A stretch of DNA of 53,065 bases from Hyphochytrium catenoides (lineage: Eukaryota; Protista; Hyphochytriomycota), in contig FLMG01003187.1 of NCBI GenBank assembly GCA_900088475.1, positions 1 through 53,065 of the forward strand. The letters are read 5' to 3'. Below are positions 10,299-21,814 of the stretch, piece by piece. The position numbers and the translations under genes are program-made. The notes beneath the pieces were generated by a model. It was not told the origin of the DNA. It saw only the letters and a list, made by a program, of their open reading frames with translations, and made no database searches. Within the stretch, counting starts at the first letter, position 1, and each line of letters opens with the position of its first letter.

Positions 10299-12860
10299 AT
10301 GAGGTTTACCGCTGTGCTTCGTTCCTTGTGCGTTCTCCCTTTCATCCTAGGCAAGGAGAGCTTTATTGTCTCTGCTGAAGGTGGCAGCGCACAGGAAGTA
10401 AAGCTCTTCACCTTTGGCCCTTTTAGAGTTCAGGTCAACTTCAAGACTAATGATCTTCTCGTCACCACTGTCACCGGTGAAGAGGAGAAAACAGTCCTTC
10501 GTTCTCTGGGCGCCGGCTCTTCCTGGGTGAGAGCTGGGCTCAGCCCATTGAGCGTGGAAGAGTTTGATGGAGGTGTCTTCGAGTTCTCTGACGGCTGTTA
10601 CCCAGATATCTGGATCCCATCGAGGGCTAATCCTAATGCGCCGCGATGGTTCCGTAGACCCGCTCCGCAGCACCGGGACTGCTTTCTTACCTTACAGCAG
10701 ACCATCACCGGTGTGGAGACGTTACCTGAGGAAAAAGAAGGGATTGTTATCAGAGGCTCGCTGCATGGACAGAAAGGGGATAGCCCTTTCACTCTTTCTT
10801 ACTCCTTCGAGCTTTCAACCTCCAGCTTAGCTGGCGAAGCTGCTCCACCACAGCTAGAGTTCAACCTTGAAGCTGACAAAGTAGAGCCACAACAAAGTGA
10901 GATACCCGTGGTAGATCGGCTCGTGTTAACGTTAGGCTTCAGCGATAAAAGAAACGATAACGGAGATCTTTTGGATCAGGAGGCGATCTACGGCTTTGGT
11001 GAACAACCAACAAACATTAACATGCGAGGAAAAGTCTTCCCAACGGTGGTGATGGAGAACGGCATTGGAAGGGGCGATCAACCTATCTCTACCACTGTCA
11101 ACCTGATATCTTCTTCCCCTGCCTCTGGAGCTCACTATTCAACTTATGCCCCTCTACCAGGCTTCATCACCAGTGCTGGCCGCATGCTACTGCTGCACAA
11201 CTCCGAGTACAGCCTCTGGGACCTTACAGAGGACAAGATGGCAATTCACACAGTAGCCTTCCACCCCGACACTCCCGATAAACTAGTAAGACGCTTCCGT
11301 CTTCATGGCCACACTGGAAGCTTCTCTACGCCACTCGGCGCCATTGAAGCTCTCACTGTGCATACAGGGAGACCCCGCCCTCTGCCCAAATGGATCTATA
11401 CCAATGGCGCTGTGATGGGTCTCACAGGAGGATTGAGCGCTGTTACTGAGATCTATGATAACCTTAAGAAGTGGGAGGTGCCTGTCGCTGCGCTGTGGCT
11501 CCAAGACTGGACGGGTTTGCGCTTTGACAGAATTGGGAGTCGACTCTGGTGGAACTGGGAGAGCGACGGCGATCATTACGCTGACTGGCGGGGTTTCAGT
11601 GACAAACTCTTCGAGGAAGGAGTACGTCTGATGTCCTACATCAATCCCTATCTTTCCAATAGTGTGGCAGATAAGAAGAAGAACGCCCAGAGGAATCTCT
11701 TTGAAGAAGCCAGAGAAAGAGGCTTCCTGGTAGAGAAACGGACTGAGAAAGGACTAGAGCCCTACATTCAAACAAGCGGCTCAAAGGAGTTCTCTTACGG
11801 CACGGTAGATCTATTCAATCCTGACGCAGCGGCTTGGTATATGGACGTCATCAGATGCAATGTAATGGGGATCTGTGAATGCGAGCAACAGGGGCAGGAG
11901 AGCTGTCGCCCGACAGTCTATGGCTGGATGGCTGACTTCAGCGAGTCTCTCAGCTTTAATGCTATCACCTACCAGGATAAAGAAGGAAGAGAGAAGGAGG
12001 ACGCTGTGGCCCGGCACAATCACTACGTTGAGGCCTGGCAGAAGCTTAACAAGGAGGCGACAAAAGGCTATGATGACGTTGTCCCTTTCACGAGGGCAGG
12101 ATGGACACGGACACCAGGGCTCACGCGGCTCATGTGGCATGGAGACCAGTTTGTTACCGCTTGGGAAAATGATGGCATGACCAGTGCTCTTCGCTCCTCT
12201 CTCTCTTGCGGCCTCTCCGGCTTGGCACTGACTCACAGCGATGTAGGCGGTTATACGGCTCTTAAGGTTCCGGTGGTTGGAAACCTCCCAGGGTTCAGAA
12301 GCAGCGAGTTGTTTAACATTCAACGCTCAAAGGAGGTGCTTCTTCGTTGGAGTGAGATGTCAGCTTTCTCAGATGTGATTATGAGAACGCATGTTGGCAC
12401 GTCTCCTGAGGAGTCCCATCAAGTTTACACCGATCCAGAGACTGCCATGGCTTTTGCTAGGGCTGTGAGATGGCATCAGGCGCTTAGTAGCTACCGAGAG
12501 CACCTTATAGCCAATGCTGCCCTGCGTGGCCATCCTCTGACCCGCCACCTTGTGCTAGAGTTTCCACAGGATCCTCAAGTAAGGGACCTGAGCCTGCAGT
12601 TTATGGTAGGGTCGTGTCTTCTCGTCGCGCCAGTGCTTTTGGAGGAGGCAAACAGTGTGGACGTCTATCTTCCTGCCAGTAGTTGGAGGCACGTGTGGAC
12701 TGGCAAGGCGTTTGAGAAGAGTGCCGGAGGAGGATGGGAGCAGGTGGAAGCGCCATTGGGTTCTCCTGCTGTTTTTGTGAGAGTTGGATATGTTGATGGG
12801 CCTATCGCTTGTGAGACTGTTGAGGCTTCACTTCTCGCTGTTGCAGTGAAGACGAAGTGA
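10299..12860 (+). CDS. Secreted GH31 glycoside hydrolase, sulfoquinovosidase (YihQ-like) subfamily, copy 1
   Basis: Intronless 853-aa ORF from ATG 10299 with a hydrophobic N-terminus. Motifs: WLQDWTG.R....GSRLWWNW, YINPY, GWMADFSE (nucleophile Asp), WHGDQ (acid/base Asp), HSDVGGYT, MRTH, LLVAPV. Confidence 0.9.
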   Translation: MRFTAVLRSLCVLPFILGKESFIVSAEGGSAQEVKLFTFGPFRVQVNFKTNDLLVTTVTGEEEKTVLRSLGAGSSWVRAGLSPLSVEEFDGGVFEFSDGCYPDIWIPSRANPNAPRWFRRPAPQHRDCFLTLQQTITGVETLPEEKEGIVIRGSLHGQKGDSPFTLSYSFELSTSSLAGEAAPPQLEFNLEADKVEPQQSEIPVVDRLVLTLGFSDKRNDNGDLLDQEAIYGFGEQPTNINMRGKVFPTVVMENGIGRGDQPISTTVNLISSSPASGAHYSTYAPLPGFITSAGRMLLLHNSEYSLWDLTEDKMAIHTVAFHPDTPDKLVRRFRLHGHTGSFSTPLGAIEALTVHTGRPRPLPKWIYTNGAVMGLTGGLSAVTEIYDNLKKWEVPVAALWLQDWTGLRFDRIGSRLWWNWESDGDHYADWRGFSDKLFEEGVRLMSYINPYLSNSVADKKKNAQRNLFEEARERGFLVEKRTEKGLEPYIQTSGSKEFSYGTVDLFNPDAAAWYMDVIRCNVMGICECEQQGQESCRPTVYGWMADFSESLSFNAITYQDKEGREKEDAVARHNHYVEAWQKLNKEATKGYDDVVPFTRAGWTRTPGLTRLMWHGDQFVTAWENDGMTSALRSSLSCGLSGLALTHSDVGGYTALKVPVVGNLPGFRSSELFNIQRSKEVLLRWSEMSAFSDVIMRTHVGTSPEESHQVYTDPETAMAFARAVRWHQALSSYREHLIANAALRGHPLTRHLVLEFPQDPQVRDLSLQFMVGSCLLVAPVLLEEANSVDVYLPASSWRHVWTGKAFEKSAGGGWEQVEAPLGSPAVFVRVGYVDGPIACETVEASLLAVAVKTK

Positions 12861-15258
12861 ACACGACATATTATTCGCTCCTCCATGTATCCTATTCGTT
12901 ACCTTTAAGTCTTTCTGCCCAAGCCCCTGAGAGGCCAGGCTTGTCATACCTTCCTTTTTCAAAGCTCCTGGTGCCGCTCCTCCTGCCTGCGAGTTGTCTG
13001 TCTGCAGTCTGGCCCTCTAACTAGCTAGATATAATGTAGAGCTACCCTTCCTGAGGAAGGTAGACGTCAAAGCACATAATACACGCTGCCAACGCGCAAA
13101 GTTTGCATTCCCCGCCCTTAAGTAGTGCACAGGCTGCCGTCTGTTTGATATTCTCTGCGCTTTGGCTCCAAGCGGTTTCAACCCTCTATTGTCTAACCTG
13201 TTGTCAGTGCTATCCGCAAGGGTAGATGGCAAGCCCTTAACTCTTTGTTAGTGGAGTTACTCCTTCTGCAGATATCATCTTGGCAAAGGTTTAACCGAAC
13301 CGATGAACGTAGGGCCCATTTTCAGATAGTAAGGGATCTTGGTCGTCAAGAGATAACTCACCTGAGATCCTGGGCAGTGATACCGCTGAGGTTGGTTGCT
13401 ATCTGTGCATGTCTTCTGCTCCACGGAGGAAAGCGCGCAAGAACAACGGGTAGAGGGCAGATCAAGGGCCTACGAAGGCCATCTTAGTGTTACAAAGAAG
13501 CTTGGCCTATTATTGGTATCTAGCTTGACCTGGGCCTTTGTCTAATGATCTCCAATACGAGGGTCACGCCAGTCCTGATAACTAAACACCGGATGGCTTG
13601 TGGACCTCGCAGGGGCCGGAAAGATCCCAAAGAAGCACATGACAGTGCTGCCATCAACGTGGAGCAGAGGCAGCAATCAGCCGCTACTATTCAGCCTTGC
13701 AAGAAGATACTAGCTTGGGGTCACCTTCAACACACCCGGTTCTCCAGACCCATTCAGCTTGCGACTAGCATTGCCAGCCCTAGGTCCAAAGAGATCTAAT
13801 CAAAGTGCTTCAAAAGGAAAGCGCACAACTCTTCACCCCGAACTTGACTCTTCTTCTGCAGCTCTGGTTGAGCTCAGGCACCTGGCCCTCACCACCTGCA
13901 CTAGATCAGACAACTAGGCTCAATATCAAGCACAGCCTACTACTACTCACCACGCAAATGCTTAGTAAGCAGCAACTTCCACCAAAGATCACTCCTGAAG
14001 ACTGACAGTCACAGCTACAAGGACCTCTCTTTCGTACACCCTTAGGTACTATCCCTAAGTATAGGTTCTCATAGCAATCTTAGCAAGGGTTACTCGTCGG
14101 ACTTACCTACTAGCCAAGTGCAATCCCATCTTTCTGCTTTGCCCCAAGATCTCTGTTCTTCTTTCTTCTGGCTCATTGGCTCTTGATATTCTGCTTCTTA
14201 GCTCCAATATTCCTCTTTGGCGCCACACAACAAGACAAGCAAACTAGTTTTATTAGCCATTATTGGTTATTAATATAGGTCTCAGGTTCCTTGCGCAGCG
14301 ACTGAACCCTTGACTGGTTACTGAGTGATATTCTGGGTCTTCATTGGTTGAAAAAGGGCACGGTGGTCATAGCTGGAGAAAGCAAAGTGTCTGAGAGAAC
14401 AAAGTAGGCAGCCCAAACTATGCATGCTCCCAACCATTCAACCGTCATTGAAGCGCCATAGCTCTTCCTTTTATCTCACGAAACTCTTATTACGCTTGCC
14501 TGCCCTAATCCCAATTCCTAATGATAAAGCTAGTGATCATGGCGGTTTGTCAGCCTTGATTGATCCAAAGTCTGCCACCCTCCTGTCGGGTCCTAAATCG
14601 ACTTGCGACTTTCCTCCTTATCCTTGCTAAGTGATGGTGATGTCGATTGTACTTTCTGTTGTTTATCCTTCACGTGTACTCCTTTACTGCGCTTCTTCTC
14701 TTATTACTTTTTTACCGCTAGCTCTGAGAAAAGAGAAGCATTCTCCCTTCGGACCCAGATATTATGTTCGTCGTTGCCTACTGCCTGATAGGCAGCTTAG
14801 GAGTTATTGTCATTCGTAACTTCCACCAGTAGTGATTAGATGAACAAATGGTGGCAGCGTCCACTTCTTGGGGTGCAAGCCGATATTATGCGGAGGACGG
14901 AAGAAGCTGGGTTGGCGAGTAGGCTTTACTTCTTCTTCTCTTCAGTACCCTTGGCTGTGTCAGAGCTTCGATAAGCTTTCCTATGCCTGGTGGTTCACCG
15001 TACCGTCATGTACACGCAAGAGACTATGGTCCTTATGGGTACCCGCTGTCGCCCTGTACATGTACCCGTGACCGTAAGATATGGCGGATTAGATAGATAA
15101 TGTGCCATCGTCACACGGAGAACAGCGGGGGCTCAGACTGAGGGCAGTCAAAGGGGATGACATAGCTGAACTATAACGGAATATCCTAGTCAGGTTATCA
15201 CTATGAGGTTGGCAGCCCCTTCTTTTTCAAGAAGTTCCGTATGATGTCATTTCCTCGT

Positions 15259-16542
15259 TTACGAAGAAGCTATCTCTTCCCCTTCTCTTACGGCGTTCTC
15301 CTCACGCAGAAGTACGCGAGATCGTATGACGGATAGATCCTCAGATCTACAGAAGAACACTCTGAGAGACCTGAGCGTAAGTAGTGAGACGGTAAAGCCA
15401 TGGTTAAGGAAGAAGCTAGTCATTGAGATCCGCCTCATACTTGTCTGGTCGTTGTTGTCGACCTGTTGATGATTGGAGCCAAGAGAGAAGCGCCATCGCG
15501 TGAGGTCAAAGGAGTTCTGGCAGACGTTGGCCGACGCCCCAAAGTATAATAACGCCAAAAAGGTGAATTGCTGCGGTAATGTCAGCCCAATTGTAATGCG
15601 CATCATCATCCTTGAGAGCTTTGGGATGAATGAATCAGCAGCTAGTGGTCCTAAGAAGGTCCCTACGAAGTGACCCATTCCAAAGAGCAATCCCACGTCG
15701 CTAAAGCAGAACACGGGATAGTATGCGAGGCAGTATAACAGCGATTCAAAGAGGAACACTGCGGCATCAAAGGTGAGGATAGATCTCCGCCACAAGGCGT
15801 AGTTCATATGGAAGGAGTTAGCGACTGCACAAAAGACAATGGACGCGAGCTGCACCCATGCGATGACGGGAAGCCAAGAATTTTCTAGTGGGACGAAGAC
15901 CAACAGGAATTTGGCCGCGGACCAGAAGAGGACCAGGATCAGAGTAATCGCCGATAACGGTGTATACCATTCCGCCCAGAGGAGAGAGAAGCGCTGCCCA
16001 AAGACTTTATCCATGATTGTCTCGTTGCTCTGTTGCAGACTGAATTGAGTTAGTGGTGTACTCACCACTAGTGAACGCTTGTGAAAGCCTAGGATTTGAT
16101 CTCGACGGCGTATCCCTCTAGTAGAGAGCGTGGTCAGCATGTGTAGCGTGCCCGTTATGGCGGATGTTGGTGCCATTATACTAGAAACCCGTGAAGGAGC
16201 CTGAAGCTTGTGTCCAGGTTTACATGCCACCACTTTGACCACGGCAGATGATGGCATCTTTTCTCCGTCTTTTCCTTTTTCGTCGAGTTGTTGACCCAAG
16301 GCTATGTCTATCAAGCCGCGAGCTTTTGCCAATGCAACCTTCTCTGTTTCCTCGAGCACTGGCGTGCTTTGTAGTTGTTCTATCAGTGCGTTGGTCAGTC
16401 TCACTAGACCCCGGCCCTTCTTCTCATCAGTAAAAGTATCATCATCGCCATTGTTGTCAGCAACAATCCTAGCTTGATAGGTGGACGATGTCGCTGTTCC
16501 GGGACTCCACGTTGAGGAAGGTAAGGTCAACATTGACGACAT
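15259..16542 (-). CDS. Multi-pass membrane protein of unknown function (about 427 aa)
   Basis: Long ORF with a likely ATG at 16542 (MSSMLT). Hydrophilic N-terminal half, then about 6 hydrophobic segments. Confidence 0.7.
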   Translation of the reverse strand: MSSMLTLPSSTWSPGTATSSTYQARIVADNNGDDDTFTDEKKGRGLVRLTNALIEQLQSTPVLEETEKVALAKARGLIDIALGQQLDEKGKDGEKMPSSAVVKVVACKPGHKLQAPSRVSSIMAPTSAITGTLHMLTTLSTRGIRRRDQILGFHKRSLVVSTPLTQFSLQQSNETIMDKVFGQRFSLLWAEWYTPLSAITLILVLFWSAAKFLLVFVPLENSWLPVIAWVQLASIVFCAVANSFHMNYALWRRSILTFDAAVFLFESLLYCLAYYPVFCFSDVGLLFGMGHFVGTFLGPLAADSFIPKLSRMMMRITIGLTLPQQFTFLALLYFGASANVCQNSFDLTRWRFSLGSNHQQVDNNDQTSMRRISMTSFFLNHGFTVSLLTLRSLRVFFCRSEDLSVIRSRVLLREENAVREGEEIASS

Positions 16543-18633
16543 GTTGTCGTTTCTTGTTGGCTTGATAGGACGTGCTTTTTGCAATAATTTAACAAGGAGG
16601 AGCACGACGATGGAAAGGGGTGGCTTGTAGATACTATGCTCAAAACCGGCACCAGCAAAGCATCATCCTCAAGAGCGTTAGCAAGAACAATGCTAGGGCT
16701 GCCTAGCAACCGCAACGAAGTGTCCGAAGGATAGACGATGATGAATGATGATGAGTATAGTAGAGGCGACACGCCCCGCCTTGCTCGCTGGCGCTGTGCT
16801 GCGCTGCTGGTGCCGCCGCCTGCAACGTACGACAACGGAGCTGCTTCTGATGTCCACAGTGGCCTCGGCCGTCCTCGATACTCCACGGGGATCAATCATA
16901 GGCTAGGCACCTCTGTCACTTGGTCAGAGAAGAGCAGCCGGAAAACGGGGCCACTCCTGCTGCTTCTAGTAGCTGAGATAAATAACGGCTCAACACAGGG
17001 GAGACAACACAGGAGAGCCAACTGTTCAGCAGCTTCACCTTTGAACCTGGCAGAATGTGAATTTTGGATCCCCAAAGATATTCTTGACAGGTGAATATCC
17101 GCCTTCTTCACATCGCTTTTGGTTGTATGGAAGATCGAAGATGTCAAATATCAGGGCCCTGATAATGACGTATCTTTTTCCACTGTCTACTTTGGAGGGA
17201 CTATCCAAGCAAGCGTTATTACCAGGCTAGAAATGACAGCGCTTCTGAGGCTTGATTGTCCTATTGTAAAGGTCGCTGTCCATATATTGACGCTTACTTA
17301 TTAGAAAATATATGGCAAAGAGCAAGAACCACCTATGACAAGAAGGTTTGGACAAAGGAGGAATGCGGCGGTTGACACCTCTTCACAACTGCGGGCTTTT
17401 GCCTTTGATTCACATGGGGGTTGTCTCTCTCACCCAGGGAAAGCGACGGCGTTGGGTGAACCACCGAGGGGTTGGAACTATGGGATCACGGGCGAAGGAA
17501 GCGGGCAGGACTATGGGAAGCACGACTAGGACTCTGTCATGCTGCTTCGCTATTATTCTTCCCTTCCTAGAATTATGGTCTGTCCCACCCTTCAACAGCA
17601 TCATCTCTATCCTCTCTTCTTTCTGCGCCAAAAGCCGTGCTTTCTAGGGCCTTGCAGTGCACTTCCTCCCACGATCATCGCCATGATAATTCTGACTCTT
17701 GCAGTTCGAGGTGGAGATGATGTCCACGAAGGTGAGAGGCCAGCTCTATCTCTCTTCAACATCGTCTAGTCTTGCTTCTGCTAGCTGTGCCCTTATTAAG
17801 TCTACTCTTGGCTCTTCTACTGTCCTACTACCTTGCGGTCCGGGACCCCTGCCCTGCCCCCTTCTTCTCATCTTCATATATCTTGTCTCTCCTGTCTTGA
17901 TGCTTTGATTGTTCTACTACATTACTTCTTCCTCCTCTGCCACGCCTAGTAGCCTGGCTCTTTGTCGTTATTGGTCGAGAGTAGTAGCATCCGACGCTGA
18001 TCTTCCCACCATTTCCTCTCTGGAAGCTACTACTTGCCTCCTCCTCTTAACGATGAGGACTCTGGCGCTGTCTCCGAACCCCCCTTCCCTGGAAATGTCC
18101 CTTCTCGTCCTCCACCTCTCGTTTTTCCTAAGCTGCTCTTCTTCGGGTCGTTTCTCACTGCTGCGTTCATTGATGGTGATCCTTTCTGAGTCAGCTCGGC
18201 AGTTCCCCTGCAGCCTTGATGATGCTCCTCTTCCTTCTCGTCATCCCCTTCCCTCGTAAGCCAGAGCCCACGACTGGCCCACGTCGGTCACACGAGTGCT
18301 TATCCTTCCATCCTCTTCCTCTTGTGCATGCATGACCTTTCCAAGGCAGCGTGCCTGCTGTTAAAAATGTGGAAGGTGCATCTCTCTTGGAACTATCTTT
18401 CCTAGCTTCAGCAGCGTTCCCCACGACCCCAACAAACTTAAGAATATAGAATAATCAAGCTTACTGCCTTATAAGTTGAGTTCAAAGAGCTTCTCGTTCT
18501 TTCCTCCTCGGCTCAGTCTCATCATTCTCACTTTTCCCGCTCTTCGTCAGCATCGCCTCCAAGGAAACGTCCTACGATCACCGGTCGTCTCGATACCTTA
18601 GCTTTCTGCACGTCTATGCCTTAAGTTCCAAGG

Positions 18634-21213
18634 ATGTTGCAGCTGGCTAGGCTCAGTGCAATCTTTACTTTCTTTGTACTTCTCACTAGTCACGGTGATG
18701 CCGGCAGTGCGGCCCTCGCTCCAGATAATGATGGGAAGAAGGTTTTCATTCTTGGCCCTTTTAGAGTCGCAGTCAACATGAATACTATTGACCTTCATGT
18801 CACCACTAGACCTAGAGAAGAAGGAGGAGAGATGACAGTTCTACGCTCTCTTGGCGGCGGGGCGCCCTGGATTAGCGCTGGGTCCAGCCTAATCACTGTG
18901 AAGGAGTTTGATGGAGGTGTCTTTGAGTTCTCTGACGGCTGTTACCCAGACATTTGGATCCCGTCCAAGGCCAATAACAATGGGCCGCGCTGGTTCCGAA
19001 GAGATGCAGATAAGTGTACCTGTGTCCTTACTTCAAACCAAACCATCACATCAGTGGAGACACTGCTGCCCGCAGGAGACAAGAATGAAGGCGTTATCAT
19101 CAGAGGCGCCCTTCAGGGATAGAAGGGACGTAAAGCGTTCGCTCTTTCTTACTCTTTCACACTCTCCTATTCAATCTTAGCTAGCGGGAATGCTCTTCCA
19201 CAGCTAGAGTTCAACCTCGAAGCTGACAAGCTCCCGCCAAAGACAAGTGAAGAGCTACAGGTGGTTGATCGCCTGGTCCTGAGCTTGGGCTTTAGCGACA
19301 AGAAGAACAAGAACGGAGATGTGGTGGATCAGGAGGCGATCTACGGCTTTGGGGAACAGCCAACGAACATTAACATGCGAGGAAAAGTCTTCCCAACGGT
19401 GGTGATGGAGAACGGCATTGGAAGGGGCGATCAACCTATCTCTACCACTGTCAACCTGATATCTTCTTCCCCTGCCTCTGGAGCTCACTATTCAACTTAT
19501 GCCCCTCTACCAGGCTTCATCACCAGTGCTGGCCGCATGCTACTGCTGCATAACTCACGAGTACAGCCTCTGGGACCTTACAGAGGACAAGAGGCAATTC
19601 ACACAGTAGCCTTCCACCCCGACACTCCCGATAAAGTGGTAACACGCTTCCGTCTTCATGGCCACACTGGAAGCTTCTCTACGCCACTCGGCGCCATTGA
19701 AGCTCTCACTGTGCACACAGGGAGACCCCGCCCTCTGCCCAAATGGATCTATACCAATGGCGCTGTGATGGGTCTCACAGGAGGCTTGAGCGCTGTTACT
19801 GAGATCTATGATAACCTTAAGAAGTGGGAGGTGCCTGTCGCTGCGCTGTGGCTTCAAGACTGGACGGGTTTGCGCTTTGACAGGATCGGGAGTCGGCTCT
19901 GGTGGAACTGGGAGAGCGACGGCGATCATTACCCCGACTGGCGAGGCTTCAGTGGCAAACTCTTTGAGGAAGGAGTACGTCTGATGTCCTACATCAATCC
20001 CTATCTTTCCAATAGTGTGGCAGATAAAAAGAAGAACGCCCAGAGAAATCTCTTCGAAGAAGCCAGAGAAAGAGGCTTCCTGGTAGAGAAACGGACTGAG
20101 AAAGGACTGGAGCCTTACATTCAAACAAGCGGCTCAAAGGAGTTCTCTTATGGCACCGTAGATCTATTCAATCCGGACGCAGCGGCTTGGTATATGGACG
20201 TCATCCGATGCAATATGATGGGGATCTGTGAATGCGAGCAACAGAATCCGAAGCAGGAGAGCTGCCGCCCCGTAGTCTATGGCTGGATGGCTGATTTCAG
20301 CGAGTCTCTCGCCTTTGATGCTATCACCTACCAGGATAAAGAAGGAAGAGAGAAGGAGGACGCTGTGGCCCGGCACAATCGCTTTGTTGAGGCCTGGCAG
20401 GAGCTTAACAAGCAGGCCACAAAAGGCTATGATGACGTCGTGCCTTTCACGAGGGCAGGATGGACGCGAACGCCAGGACTCACACGGCTCATGTGGCACG
20501 GAGACCAGTTTGTTACCTTCGGGGAGAACGATGGCATGACCAGTGCTCTTCGCTCCTCTCTCTCGTGCGGACTCTCCGGCTTGGCACTGACCCACAGCGA
20601 TGTAGGCGGTTATACGGCTCTTAAGGTTCCCGTGATTGGGAGTCTCCCAGGGTTCAGGGACAGCAATCTATTCAACATTCAGCGGTCTAAAAAGTTGCTT
20701 CTTCGTTGGAGTGAGATGTCAGCTTTCTTAGATGTGATTATGAGGACGCATGTTGGCACGTCTCCTGAGGAGTCCCATCAGGTTTACACTGATCCAGATA
20801 CTGCTATGGCTTTTGCGAGAGCTGTGAGATGGCACCAGGCGCTTAGTAGCTACCGAGAGCACCTTATAGCCATGGCTGCACAATATGGACATCCCCTGAC
20901 CCGCCACCTTGTGCTAGAGTTTCCACAGGATCCTCAAGTAAGGGACCTGAGCCTGCAGTTTATGGTAGGGTCGTGTCTTCTCGTAGCGCCAGTGCTTTTG
21001 GAGGAGGCAAGGAATGTAGATGTCTATCTTCCTGCCGGCGGTTGGAGGCACGTGTGGACTAGGAAGATGTATGAGAAGAGCTCCGGAGGTTCATGGGAGA
21101 AGGTGGAAGCGCCGTTCGGGTCTCCTGCTGTTTTTGTGAGAGTTGGATATGTTGATGGGCCTATCGCTTGTGAGTCTATCGAGGCTTCACTGCTCGCTGT
21201 GGGAAAGAGGTGA
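18634..21213 (+). pseudogene. GH31 sulfoquinovosidase-like paralog, copy 2, interrupted by one in-frame TAG (pseudogene, read-through or assembly error)
   Basis: ORFs 18634-19122 and 19261-21213 are in the same frame and colinear with copy 1. TAG at 19120-19122 aligns to CAG in copy 1. A +1/-1 indel pair lies at about 19557 and 19592. Signal peptide and catalytic motifs are intact. Confidence 0.8.
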
Positions 21214-21505
21214 TCCAGGCAGCAAGGAGTCTCTTCTTCGGTTTCCTTTCCATAACCTTGGGTCCATTCCCACGATGCCAGAGAGTCCATACCTTCCAGG
21301 TGTTATAGCTGCTCCTGTCTGCTAGTTGGCTGTCTCCGATCTCGATGTTCTAGTTAGCTAGTAGGTGAAAGGTAATTAACTATCAACCTTTATCAAGAGT
21401 CGTAGATATCCATGGGGATACGATTATACAATGGATGAGAAGTGGCTGATGATCATTATCTGATGGTTAAGAAAGTGTGAGAACATTGGGCCGGAAGACA
21501 AGAAG

Positions 21506-21814
21506 TCACTTGTACACTTTTACCCTGTTCACGACAGTCGCTCGACAGGCTGGACAGGTATGCTCCCCACGAGTTTCAAGGGAGGCAGAGCATATCCCCG
21601 ATAGAGTGTAATGTCCACATGTGGAAAGAACAATCTCCCGTTCACGGTCTTCACACATGATACAAAGATTTGCGTTCTCTTCTCCTCTGACAGCACTGAT
21701 GTCAACAGTGGCAGGTGCCCCTTCAATTTTGGCGTGATCCTTCTTTGCGGCGGAGAGGCATTGTTGGTCTGACGAAGGCTCTGTCTTCAAGGCTTGCTCG
21801 GCCCGTACAAAGAG
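21506..21814 (-). CDS. C-terminal RING-HC (C3HC4_3 type) exon or gene remnant
   Basis: CIMC...TCGHYTLSGIC...CPACR; the fifth Zn ligand is Ser instead of Cys. The frame is closed by TAG just upstream of 21814, which may be a splice acceptor. No start codon found. Confidence 0.6.
   Translation of the reverse strand, partial: LFVRAEQALKTEPSSDQQCLSAAKKDHAKIEGAPATVDISAVRGEENANLCIMCEDREREIVLSTCGHYTLSGICSASLETRGEHTCPACRATVVNRVKVYK

Noticed and set aside
19120-19122. TAG reassigned to Gln (alternative genetic code)
   Set aside because: TAG ends other well-supported genes at plausible C-termini (3863-3865, 22387-22389, 26481-26483), and the long ORFs contain no other internal TAG.
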